NCBI RefSeq assembly: GCF_006345805.1
Contig: NW_021832231.1
Coordinates: 1 to 64,000 of the forward strand
Source: Octopus sinensis
Lineage: Eukaryota
Length of the DNA stretch: 64,000 nt
Direction of reading: 5' to 3'
Shown: positions 35,361-48,335 of the stretch, in pieces
Layout: each line of letters starts with the position of its first letter
Numbering within the stretch: the first letter of the stretch is position 1
Position numbers and translations under genes: made by a program
Notes under the pieces: model-generated
What the model was told of the DNA's origin: nothing
The model's database searches: none
Seen by the model: only the letters and a program-made list of their open reading frames with translations

Positions 35361-37466
35361 ATGTATGGACTGAGTGTTTGGACGAGGATGGGCAATAAAG
35401 GCCGATTGTGGAATGTACTCACTCACCAGCAGACTGTCTCCTTCAGTAGGAGGACACCCTCCCAGATAAACCTGCTGTACATAGTGCGCAAACTGGTGCC
35501 CTATGTGTGGCCGAAAGAAAGAGCAATGCGGGCGAGGGTGGTGGGGGCTGTCGGGTGTCTGCTGGCGGCCAAAGTAGTGCAGAATATAATGGCAGATCAC
35601 CACCATTCAGACCCCCTTCATTTTCAAATTGGTGGTCGACCGACTCAACGACCAGAACATTGCCACCGTCTGCACATTGACTGTGGCCGGCCTCGTCGTG
35701 CTGTGTTAGTCCCCCTCCTGACTGGCAGATGGCCTCACGCGAGTGTGCACGCAGGTCTTCTCCGACCTCCGCCTGGCCATATTCTCGAAAGTGGCCCTCA
35801 AGGCCATCAAGACAGTGAACGAGAAGGTGTTCCGTCACCTGATGTACCTGGACATGTCCTACCACGCCAATAAGCAGACGGGGGCTGTTTCCCGAGTCAT
35901 CCAACGGGGCTCCGGGTCACCCTCGTTTGATAATTGTAGAGCCATCCAAGTCATTTTGACACACGTCGTGTTCAACATGTTCCCTCTCCTCCTCGAAACG
36001 TGCATTGTGGCCGGCATTCTGGTTGGGACTTGGTCTAATCCAGAAATACAAATGTGGGACACTCACTGCTATCGCCAGCGTCTCCTGCATTGCCTCCTAC
36101 TTTGTCTTCACTCTCGCAGTCACTCAGTGGCGGTGCCCCTCCTCTCTCATTCACAGTCTCCAGTTTAGAAAGAAAATGAACGAGTCGGAGACTGAGGCGG
36201 GGAACAAAGTGGTGGAGTGTCTCCTCAATATCGAGACCATCAAGGTGACTCCCCTCATGACGGCAGTACTTCTCCAACGAGGAACTGGAGACGGCCTCCT
36301 ATGGCAAAACATTGAGCAAATTCCAGGACTCCTCAGTCAAGACGTGGTGGAGTCTGGCATTGCTCAACTGCGGACAGAACTTGATCATCACGTCGGGAAT
36401 GACTGCCATCATGCTCCTCAGTCTCACTCAAGTCGAGCAGGGTCAGCTTTGTCCCTCACTGCAGGACTCCTCACCATCGGGGATATTGTTATGATCAATG
36501 GACTCCTCTTCCAACTCTCCATGCCTCTCAATTTCCTGGGGACTGTCTACCGTGACCTCAAACAGGCCACCATCGACTTGGAGGCACTCTTCGCCCTCCT
36601 TTCGATGCAGTCAGTCATTCGGGTGGCCACTCCCTCACATCCGTAGAATTCCCCCTCTGCACGCGAACTGATCCTTCGGGACTCGTCCATTTCCTTCGAG
36701 GACGTCCACTTTGCCTACGACAGTTCGACCGATGTGTTCAGAGGACTGTCCTTCCACATTCCCGGGGGCACATCTGCGGCCATCGTCGGGGGGAGTGGCT
36801 GTGGGTGACACTCCTCCTCTCATTCACAGCAAGTCCACCGTCGCCAAACTGCTGTGTCGACTGTACGACCCAGTGGGGGGGAGGGTCACCATCGACGGAC
36901 AGGACATCCGCTCGGTCACCCTTCACAGTCTGCGCACTCAAATGTCGGTCATCCCTCAGGACTGCACACTCTTCAATGACTCCATCCGCAACAACATCCT
37001 CTACGGAGACCCATTCGGCAGTCAGGAGGCCCTCACCGAGGCAGCCAGACTCGCCGAGATTGATCGACTGGTCGAGAGTCTCCCCCACAAGTACGAGACT
37101 GTCGTGGGGGAACGTGGCATGAAGCTTTCTGGGGGGGAAAAACAGCGGATAGCGATTGCGCGTGCCCTGGTGGGACAGCCGAGGATTGTGGTGTGCGACG
37201 AGGCCACGTCCAGTCTGGATTCCCTGACAGAGCAGGTGTGGGGGCGTCTAACTGTGCAGAGCATTGCCAGGTCGTTGAGGGTGGCCACGGCGGGGCGGAC
37301 AACTCTGGTGATTGCCCATCGACTGTCCACCATTATGCATGTCGACCGGATATTCGTCATCTCGGAGGGGAGGGTGTGTGAGCAGGGCACTCACTGGCAA
37401 CTCATCTCCAATCCCCACAGTTTATATCGAAGACTGTGGACCATTCAGAGTGAGTCCGCTACATAG
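35361..37466 (+). CDS. ABCB7: ABCB7/Atm1 (copy 2)
   Basis: Identical translation to copy 1. Confidence 0.95.
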
Positions 37467-37530
37467 CTGTTGTTATGATTTATGCACTTTTTTAACAATA
37501 TTCATTTGTAATAAGAGGGCAGTATATAGA

Positions 37531-39280
37531 ATGAATTGTATATTAACTATTTGCATTATTTTGATGGACAAAATAATAAAAGAATTACACGTATTGCTGG
37601 TTTATGATTCTCCCCGTCTGTGTGTTTATAAACTGTATTCCCCAAATATTGGACAATAGACCTAACGGCTAATTGGGAGGCCGAGTCCAATTACATGAAA
37701 GGACTTGAATTATTCGCATCGTCCGAATACAGCAAAGCCATAAACTCGTTCAACAAGGCAATTGGTATGACTAGGAGTGTCCTACCCAGCAGAGTTGGAT
37801 CCCGCCAATTCGACTTATTTGTTCCGCAGAATGATTACTTTCCGAGCCACAAAGCAGCACAAGTCAATGATGAGGGACTTGGATGACCTCCTCTTTATAA
37901 ATCCTCACCAGAAAACAGTTGTGATTGTTAACCAGCCAGGCATTAACATACCGAGCTGATCTCCTCACCAAAAAGTGCAATCTGGAAGAGGCGAGGAAGG
38001 ACTATCAAACACTCGTTCCCATTCCTCTGACCATGTAGTAGAAGTCTCTGGGGGAGTCAGTGGATGACCGTATTGCCCTCATTGGCCAACTGGAGGAGGC
38101 AGTGAATGGTTCTCTCAAGGCTGCTGCCAAGAATGATCACAACTCAGTCATTGACAAACTGGGATTTGTTCTCAAGGCAGTTCCTTGTTGATTACCTTAG
38201 AATTGTCTTTACTCGGTCGTGCTCTACCAAGTGAGGGCTGCCAGTTACATTGCGAGGGGAGACTTTGAGAGGGCAGTGTCCGATTATCGACAGGTCGTGG
38301 TGCTCAAGCCTCAGGACATGGAGGCAGTACTCCGATTGTCCTTCCTGATTTATGAAAGCGGGGATTGGGAGGACTCTCTCCAGTAATTGCTATTATCTAG
38401 GAGACAGGGTTATTCGGGGTTGTCTTCGAACAGACCCCGACAATCGGGATTGCATGAGACACTACAAAATAGTCAACAAACTCAACAAGATGTGGGGGAC
38501 CATCGAGGGGGCCAAATCTCAGTCTGATTGGGGCAAGTGCATTGATGTGGCCCACACGATCACACTCCCCACCTACAACCAGGCAGTGGCATTCCAGGCC
38601 AGTCAAGTCCTTTGTTTGTGTCAGTCCAAAGTAGTCCATCACATGTCACGTAGAATGCCCAAACTGCCCAACAAGCAGTGGCCAGTTGTTCGTCAGTCTT
38701 GGAAATTGATTCAGGCTTGGTTGGGACACTCTTCAGTCGAGGGGAGGCACATCTCCTGTTGGGGAACTTTGATAAAGGTGCAGTGTGTGTTGACATGCAG
38801 CCGAGAGTGATTTCCGAGCAGTGTCGGACAAACATCCAAACTACGAGGGAGTGCGGGAGGCCCTTCAGAGGTGTCAGAAGATGAGGAAGCAGGCCTCTAA
38901 ACGGGATTATTACAAGATTCTCGAATTGCCCAGGTCTTCAAGTCTGTGTGATGTGGCAGGAGTGCTTCGAAGGGTGACATTGTCAAGTCCTACCGTCGAC
39001 TGGCCAAGATCTGGCACCCTGACAGGCATTCAGGGGACGATAAAACAGTGGCGGAGGCAAAGTTCAAGGATATTGCGGACGCGAAGGAGGTGTTGAGTAA
39101 TCCGGGTTAGCCATGCTCGATTGAGGCGCAGATATGCGTAGGAAGTACGACAGTGGGACTGACCCTCTCGCCGAAGAAGAAGGTTCTTCCGGCTTTGAGG
39201 GATTCCACGGTGGGTTTCCCGGGGGATTCAAATTTAATTTCCACAATGGTGGTGGAAATGATTTTTTCTTCAACTTTTGA
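37531..39280 (+). CDS. DNAJC3: DNAJC3/P58IPK (copy 2)
   Basis: Identical translation to copy 1. Confidence 0.85.
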
Positions 39281-39357
39281 GGGCGGATTAGAGTGGCTAT
39301 TCGGATGTTTTATTAGTATAGTTAAGATTTACCAAATTTACATATCACAACTGTCAT

Positions 39358-40394
39358 TTAAAAATATTTCGCTTGTTTGAACGTATTTGGGCTAATCCCC
39401 CCCACGTCATGGTTAATTATATTCTCTTTACACTCCTCATATCCCTCCCTCGGCTGTCGCTGTGCCTCCAAAATCTTAATTTTTTGATCTTTGTACACTT
39501 CGTAATCGGGGATCACGTTTATTTGGTGTGACTGACACAGAGGATTATAAGAGTTGGGTGTCCTCTGTTCGTGGTCGGGGATCACGTTTATCCACTGTGA
39601 CAGAGTATTGAAGGATTTTGCTTCCTGTTCCATGTAATATGTATTGTGGTAACTGAAGAGTCAGACTGAGTGATTACCAAGGACTAAAGTCGTCATTCAC
39701 CCCAAGGTAGTACTCATTTCCGCATGTTTGTGCATTGTCCTCCCCGTAGTAGTCCTGGGGGAGTACATCAGAGAACAAGTCAGGCCTGTAATCACCCTCG
39801 CGACCATCCTCTCTGAAGGAATAGTCGGGACCACCCGCGTAGACGAATGACTGCTCCACCAATTTGGGACGACTAATTCTGAAAGAATGAAATATAATAA
39901 TACCCTTTACGCTCATTCGTCCTCTTCCTCTGTCTTTTGTTCTTGAACCAATTGGAGACCTGCGACTCGGTCATCCCCATCGCCTTGGCCATTTCCTCCT
40001 TCTCGTCCGTGGATGCAAATTCGTTATTTCGGAAAAAGGCCTCGAGGAAATTCCTTGATTTCTGTGGCAAGTTGTACGACAACTTTTCCCCATTCCACAC
40101 AGTCCGGGGTGGGGGGTACTTTTTTCTCAGTCTGAATTTTGCCACAGCCTTCAACTCTTTTCCGTGTGACCGGAGTTCTTGGTAGAACGATTCGTACCAC
40201 AGTTTTTGCAGCTTATTCCAAATGTGGCAGGGAAATGTATTAGTGCTCAAGTAAGTTCGGATTTGACTGAATTTGTTTTCGCGGAATAACTTGTCGATCA
40301 CCTCAAAGTGGTACAAATCTTCGCGGTTGCTGAAATGGGAGTAGTTACTGCACACTCGGCAGTCCATGTAAGGCATGTTGTGTGGACAGAACAT
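39358..40394 (-). CDS. Divergent SIX-class homeobox transcription factor (intact copy, 3 exons)
   Basis: LQKLWY...AKFRLRKKYPPPRTVWNGE (SIX domain end) and homeodomain with K50 (QVSNWFKNKRQR). Two 25-nt introns join ORFs 39873-40394, 39674-39916 and 39358-39633 in frame. Confidence 0.88.
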
Positions 40395-40829
40395 TCCTCA
40401 AGCATCTCCGAATGATTTATATAGTCCTACGACGTGCGGATGACGAAGCCTGTTTATCCGGATTGTCTAGTCATTGATATTCGAGAGTAACATTAGATAA
40501 TTTTATTTCTCACTCGGGTCACATTCACTGCTATACCTCTCCGTCGGGCTGATGTGCTAAGTTACTCATGCTTAGAAAACTAATCCGTGACTTGTCAATT
40601 TTTAGGTGGAATAACTTGTCAGGGAATGACGCATATAAGAAAATCTTCTTATCTACGTTGGGTCTCCAAATTACGCCAAACGAGTTGATATTCTGAGAAT
40701 TCTCCAAAATAATGTAAGTATCGCACACAAAATAACAAAAATTGACCAAGAAAAAACAAGATCCTTCAACCCGTGACATATCTTTGTAAAAATTGACTTT
40801 TCTAATAAATATATAGGTTTTATAAAAAA

Positions 40830-41400
40830 GAAGTTAAAAAGAAAAAGTCCGCCTGACGCAACTGCAGGGCGTCGGACTCCAGTTCCGAGGGTTTGCGTTC
40901 AAGCAGTTGCTCCAGGAGCCTGAACCAATTTGAAAAGGTTTTTGCTTGAATACGTGCCGGATAAAAGATCTTCATGATGTGAAAGGGAATGTGTTGGGAA
41001 ATTTTTAGCCTCAGAGCTCTGATGATCACATCGTTCTGAGCAGCGTGACGTGGCCCTCTTCTTGCACTTCTTCTGCATGATAAAGGGTGCAATCCCTTCG
41101 ACTGTTTTCCCGCGTCGGAATCATTGGTCCTGGCAAACTTCTAGCCTTTGTCCGATTCTAATCCTCAAGGAATCGTATAAAGTTCCGCAGTTTAGTATTG
41201 CACCAAGTCATGCTTCACTCCCTCACTTACAGCTGACACCAAACCCCCAAATCTGAAGCAAGTTTACATTGATTCCGACCAAGTTCGTCGAAGCGGACGT
41301 TAATTCAACAGTTTATTTGAGAGATTTGTCTATCGAAAGTAGACATTGTTTGTAGCAGAGTGAACATCGGATAGGTATAAAAGTTTGAGTAGTCTACTTT
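40830..41400 (-). mobile_element. Degraded CRE-like fragment, same subfamily as 46287-48335
   Basis: Near-identical blocks to 47150-48150 (ctactttcgatagacaaatctctcaaa; agaagtgc...gggccacgtcacgc) with deletions. Confidence 0.8.
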
Positions 41401-41479
41401 GGTGAATGTTCCACACTGCATAATCTTTGTTGAGAATGAATGCTTTAGTCATTACGTCTTCAAAACGATGTTTATATTC

Positions 41480-42600
41480 TACGAACATTCATTCTAACGT
41501 CTTCTTTAATGGCCCACTGTCTTATTAGAAGTTTTGCAATGTGGACATTTCGAACCAAGCTCGCAGGAGAAAATATTCCTGTCCTGCAGAAAGAAAAACA
41601 TGGCTTCAGATTTAGGGGAAATATTTCCTTTTACAATCCATTTTGAGAATGTGTGTAGATATGTGGTTCCAGTATAAAACCAACTATGCGGGTGACTAGT
41701 TCCGTTAATAATATTTCTGATTTCTTGAAGTAGGAATTTGTGAAGAGAATCCAATTTTTTGATGAAAAAGTTGTATACACAATCACATCCCGGAGCTCTC
41801 CAGTTAGGAAGGGATTTAATTAAATTTGAAATGAACTTGTCATTGATGTTGGAATCATGGTGCTCAGCTCCAGTAACACTTTTATTCACTCCAAAACTTA
41901 AATCATTTTTGTTCTTTTTCTTCCAACGTCCATCCAAAATTTGAGACAATCAGATGTGTCGAAACAATCAATCTGAGCATTATCAGAATTAGAATGTAGG
42001 TTTCTGTAGAATGACCTTCGATTCAACTCAAACTTCCAATTATCAATTCTGTATTGTCGTCTTAAAACTGCAATAGACACCTTTTTGTTTAGGATTCGAA
42101 TCTGGTCTGTGATTGTTGTCGAGATTCTTTCGAATTCTTCCCTATTGGATTTTTTGTAGTTGTAAGAACATAAAATGTCAATGACTTTCTTCTTTTCTTC
42201 GTCTTTCATAGTAGACATAAAGTATTTTGATTTTAATATATCCTTTTCAGTCAGACTCAATTTTATTTTGGATTCTCTGCTTCCAATTCGTTTTAATTGG
42301 ATCTCTCATTGTAATTTGTTGATACACACACTGCGCGGAATATATCAGAGTTGAAATATCTTCAATACTTGTAGGTAGGTTATTTGTTGTATTTAAATCT
42401 GGATTTACATATCGTGCAGGTATCTTTTTTGCCTGTTGCTTCGCATCGATTGGTTTGGAATTATTTGCATTAACTTGAATTAATGCTTTCTCAAGCACCC
42501 TGTTGTACAGTGCCAGATCAGGGAAATTTTTATTCATTTTATTCACAAAGACAGAAGCCAGTCCCCCAAAAGAGGGGTTTCCCTGGAATACTAACAATAA
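41480..42600 (-). mobile_element. R4/Dong-like retrotransposon with the RT core deleted
   Basis: FELNRRSFYRNL...PNWRAPGCDCVYNFFIKKL...WFYTGTTYL joined directly to SKW...GNISPKSE...LQDRN...CPHC. Confidence 0.75.
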
Positions 42601-44189
42601 AATAACGTTTTGTTAGTTGAAAACAAAAAAGATCTTTATTTTAATTTACTCTAACGATTTTAATTTTTGTCTTTACGATTTTAATCTTTGTTTTTAAAAT
42701 AATCCGTTATTTTATCTCTGATTTTGTACTTTTCTTTATTAATTGATTTATTTTTATTTTTTAAGTTATAAAATGCAGTTACTATCTGTGGAGCAAGCTG
42801 CAAAAATACCATCTTCCATCTCATCAATTGAAGAAATTAGTTTCTTAGTAGATTGGCATTTTTTAACACCGTCATATAACGTCGCGTCATTTTCTATACC
42901 AGAGATTTATACTGATATAATTTCCTTAACACTTTCTTCGATCTTTTCATCATTTATTTCTTTATTTCAACTCTTTCTTCATTTTTTTGACACCAGCACA
43001 AGTATCTGTTACCTCTACGGAGGATTTACAGTCGGATTTTTCACAAATAATCCAGTCTCATCGGGGTTGCACTGTATAATTAATAAGCACACCGCAAAAT
43101 AACGTTAGTAAAGTTATCTCGCTTGTGCAACCCTCTCCTGGATGCGTTTTATTAATCGCTTCAAGTCTCCCTGTTCCTCGATATGTAGATAAATTGATTC
43201 CAACTTTTGAAAAAAAGATTTTAAAATTCCAATCACTCAAAAAATCGTCATTCAGATTTTATAGTGTTCTCAGTTAAAATTGAGAGTTTTCATTGGTAAT
43301 GCAAATCAGAAAAGATAGGAAATTATCTTTGGACAACTGTTTCGTACCAAAAAGACATGCCGTTTCACAGGTGGCGATATTGACCTATCTCAAAAGTAGC
43401 CTTCGTGGAGTCAAACCTACGATGACCGCACTTAGCCATCTTTTATAGTGACATTTGTTGCTATTTATTATACTTTATAATTAATTAGAATTAAACAAAT
43501 AATTAATGTGTAAACAATCAATTATACCAGCGTGTTTGAGCGTTGGCTATTAATTGTTTTCATTGTGGTGCATTGTGGACGTTTTAGATTTTATTTATCT
43601 ATTTTCTGTTTATTTTCACTATTCATTATTATTATGTTTATTGATTCTTCGAGTCTTCTCTTATATCAAGGAGTCGATTTGTAGGCATCTATAAATGCTG
43701 ATAAACATTATTAACAATGATTAGTGCATTTTTTGATTTGTTTTTTATATAAAGACAGTATTGTTAAATACGATCTGTGATTTTAATTTTAATACTCTTT
43801 AATAATCATAATGGACCAAATTCCTATTAAAAATTGCAACTAAATTAATTTATTATATTATTTTTTAAAAATTATTTTTTTACAATTTTTATAATTAAAT
43901 TTAATGTACAATACTGTGGCACCCCCAAATTTCAATTTTTTAAGACTATAACAGTTTTTTTGACCATCCCCAAGTAAAATTAGTCAAATCATGAGAACTG
44001 AAAAAAACCTAACTAGCCTCTCGAAGTTATTATCAGACAAAAGGCATACTGAGAATTAATAGTTATATCAGTTTAATAATTCATTCCCGAGCCTCCACAG
44101 GGATCACTGTATCCTTTCTCGTTTCTTCTCCACCGCCATTTCAACTTCCCCAGATAAGAATTGAAAAGAACAGGGATTTTCCTTCATCC

Positions 44190-44900
44190 TTTTTAGCTTG
44201 TTCTTGGCGTGATAGCCACAATGACTCGATTCCCTGCTTATTGTGGAGCGATTGTTCTGGCACAAAATTGCGGCTGTGTTGACTCTTAAATGCGGGATAT
44301 CCTAACAATTCGATTCTATTGTAGGCTGGCCCAAAAATTTAAAAAATTCCCTCCGGTACAGATACTCGATCCGTCTGTACATGGTTTTGGATTATTGGAA
44401 TCAGCGTGTCTCGACTCCGATCAGGAACTCGACACCAGAAAAATATTCCTAGGGTTGCCCCTCTCTTTTTCCCACCAACAACCCATGCCCTTCGTGCCAG
44501 GTCCTCTTGCGTATTTTCAACGAAACTATTTTGTTTCATCCACTTAATCTACGACATTGCAACATAGGTTTCTGGGTTAATTCCACCGATAGAACCAGGA
44601 TGGTTCTCGACCCACTTTCGCATACATCACGTAAAAAGTTGCGTTTTTTGCCCACTCCATTGATGTTTTTTAAATCTGATCGAATTCTTTGCTGCAGATA
44701 CTCGTTTTCTGAGTTGAGTGCCCAAAAATAGATATAGTCCAAAATTTGCTTCAATTCAAGATGACTATGTGAGAAAAGCTGACATCTTCTCAAATCGATT
44801 TTGAGAAATTGCATGTTTTACATTTCCACTTTATTTGTCGAGTCGGGATTTGTCTGAAAGAAACGGCAATCCGTGCTGCAGTTTTCGCATTTCATCGAAT
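44190..44900 (-). mobile_element. Merlin/ISXO2 (IS1595-family)-like transposase remnant
   Basis: WVVGGKKRG...F...VPDRSRDTLIPIIQNHV...GIESLW; many frameshifts; TIRs not found. Confidence 0.6.
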
Positions 44901-46286
44901 TTTGATTAGCTGATATTGAGCCACCTAATCTTGCGTGGTCATTGTTATTTCCACAAAATCTCGGTGATTCAATTCAAATAGTAACAATCATATGTTGGTT
45001 GAGTATTATTTTAACATAAATAGTCGATACAGACTGCTTTCCACGAGACATCATTCAAAAAACTGTTAAAAAGCGTTGCAGATAAATTATTTTGATAATT
45101 ATAATAATTTTTAAAAAATAATATAATAATTTAATTTATTTGCGATTTCTAATCAAAATTGGTCCCTTATGTTTTAAGACGCTAAAACACGATATCGCCA
45201 TTGTTAAATACGATCTGTTGATTTTTATTTTGTATACTCTTTAATTTGATCTCTATATGTTCTGTCTACTGTTTCGAATGCCTACTTATGAATATTGCTA
45301 ATTTTAAAACAAATTCACTTACAATGTTGAAAATCTCTATCAAAACTCGATCTATTCTTCACTCTAAAATATCTTCGTACATGGCTCTGCGATGAATAAC
45401 AGATAATCCTGTTTGGGAGTGGGTGACTTCATCCCCAAGTAAGTTTCTTCCCCCGTACGAGAGTAGCTGGGCAATCTTTGGAGCCCTCTCGGCGCATCCC
45501 TCCACTAATCGGTCCCTCCTGACGCTGTTGAAGGCAATTCGCAGATCAAGTTTAACAGCCACGTGAGGATAGAGCATCCTTTGAGAGAAAGACAGTTCGG
45601 GCCGCGTGTACGGCAGCTTCACAGCCGTTCGCGATCACGACTCCCAGTTGAAGTGGTGATAGCGGTGAGTAGATTTTGGCCTGCGGTCGTTTGAGAAATA
45701 AGGTAGTGTCCTGGCGTAGTCCGTCTATGCCCCCACCAGTGTTCCCTCTAAGCGAGTGGTAGCTATGCGCGCTGGGCACATTGCATTGTGCAGCGTTATA
45801 AAGTGACGTGTGCAAAAAATTTTTGGGGGGGGAAAATTTTACAATTAAAAAACCAATGGTTAAAAAAATAGGTCTAGTCAATTGGATATTCTCTTCTGTT
45901 TTTATTTTGTATCCAAAATTTGTATACTCGATCAAGATCCACTGTATTCCCACTTGTTAAATAGAACTTGATTCGCATGATCATCTCCAATGGTCAATCT
46001 CAAGTCTATTACGTAGTTTAGTTTTGATACAGTTCATCAAACTAAATCCACGTTCAGCATCAGCACTCGACGCTTGAAATGTGCCACAAATATCCCAAAT
46101 GTTGCAGTGGCTGAAAATTTTTTCTCCGCTAGTATATAGTAAATTACATCTTCAAATGTTTTCAAAGCACCAGAGTGCAGTTTTTCTTTTAAAATAAACT
46201 TGAGATCTGTATATTCCGACTGCAGTTTTATGAGTGGGACTTCTGAAGAGAGTAATTAAATTTTTTTTTTCGCTAATTTAATTATC

Positions 46287-48335
46287 AGAGAATTGCTCTT
46301 CTCCGCAAGGCTACTCGCGTTCAAAAAACCCAACGGAGGAATCCGCCCCATTGCGGTCGGAAACTATTTCAGAAGACTCGCAGCGAAGATTGCTTCGACC
46401 TCTGAGCCGCCCACTCGGTGCGGAGTTCTTCCCAGAACAAATGGGTGTTAGTATCCAGAACGGATGTGAGGCAGCGGTTCATGCAGCAAGGCGTTTCTTC
46501 ACACAGAAGAATACTGCAAACGAATGCATTGGAATCAAATTGGACATAACCAATGCATTCAATTCTCTCAGAAGAGACTCCATTATGGAAAGTGTTGGAA
46601 GAGGGCTCCCATGCTTTTCCCTCTTGTTAAATTGTCATACGGAGAAGATACGTCTCTGGTTTTTGATGATGAAATCATTAAATCAAAAACTGGTGTCCAG
46701 CAGGGAGATCCGCTCGGACCCCTCTTATTTGCCCTGACAATTGATGATGTTGTGAGATCAATTGACGCACAACTAAATCTCTGGTATCTCGACGATGCCA
46801 CAATTGGAGGATCTTTCGAGGAAACATACAACTTTACGTCAAGCACTTCCCGCATTAAAACACTTGGGATTGGACATCAACATTAACAAATCAGAGTTAA
46901 TAAATGTCTCATACTCAAACACCGACTTTCTCTCTATCAAGGAGTTTTTCAACGAACTGCTTCCCGGGATCCCGACTGTGCCAGTTGATAAACTATATTT
47001 CCTTGGATGTCCACTCAGTGAAGACGAACTCAGGAACCATCTACTTTCTAAAAATGAAGAATTATCTCGCCTCGCAAAAAGATTGTCATGCCTCGACTCT
47101 CACACATCCTTCTTCCTGATGAGAAACAACATCGGACTACCCAAGCTTTTATACCTACTGCGAAGTTTCACCTGCCACGAACATTACGACAGTCTACTTT
47201 CGATAGACAAATCTCTCAAACAAACTGTTGAGTCACTAATCAACGTCCGCTTCGACGAACTCGGTTGGAAGCAATGTAAGCTTCCCTCTGGATTTGGGGG
47301 TGTCGGTCTAAGATCGGCGCTGGAGGTCGCGTACCCGGCATATCTTTCGTCTCTCTCAAGCTGCAACCATTTGACACGGCAAGTCCTTCGTCCACTATTG
47401 GACTTCGCTGGAATGAGTCATTTGATGAAGCTTGCCGGGATTGGAACGGGTCAGGACTCAAAATCCCCGAAGACACAACGAAACAAAGGAACTGGGATAA
47501 CATTGTCTGCTCCAAAATTTCAGAAGGGCTTAAAAAAGAAGCAAATCAACATCGCCTTGCTTGCCTGGTGTCAGCCTCAAGTGGAGGGAGCGGAGCATGG
47601 CTTGGTGCAATCCCTTGCCCAAATCTCGGGACTTTTTTGGACGACGATTCTTTGAGGATTGGAATCGGACAAAGACTTGGACTAGACGTTTGCCAGGAGC
47701 ACCGATGCCGCTGCGGGAAAACGGTCGATACGAAGGGATTGCACCCGCTATCCTGCAGGAGATCCGCCGGAAGAGGACCACGTCACGCCGCTCTGAACGA
47801 CGTGATCGTCAGAGCTCTGAAGGCTGCAGGCTTCCCAGCACAGCTTGAACCAGTGGGTCTCGATCGAGGTGATGGAAAGAGACCTGACGGGATGACTCTT
47901 TTCCTTTCAACTCCGGACGATCTTTAGTCTGGGACGCAACTTGCGTCGATACTTACTCAGCACGAATCTCCTTAAATCGGTTCAGACACCTGGAGCAGCT
48001 GCCTCAATCGCGGAAAACCTTAAAACCAAAAAATATTCCTTCCTCCTCGGGACCGCTACAGATTCACCCCTGTTGCGGCTGAGTCATCAGGAGCTGTTGG
48101 CCCAGCGACTGCCGAGTTCTTGCGCGAACTCGGAAGAATGCTCGCCACAAAAGAAAATGATCCTCGTGAAGGAGTATGGCTAAGACAAAGGATCGGAATA
48201 GCCATACTCCAAGGGAAACTCGCTTTCCATACAGGCAGCGGGCTTCCTCAATTGATTTCTCAAATCATCTCTTCTCTGAATTTATTAACTGACATTATTA
48301 ATATCGATAATTAGATAAAAAAAAAAAAAAAAAAA
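46287..48335 (+). mobile_element. CRE-like retrotransposon, 5'-truncated in RT, with frameshifts and a 21-nt poly(A)
   Basis: GGIRPIAVGNYFRRL; KLDITNAFN; GVQQGDPLGP; WYLDD; CRCG...HPLSC; KRPDG; A21 at 48317-48337. Confidence 0.92.
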
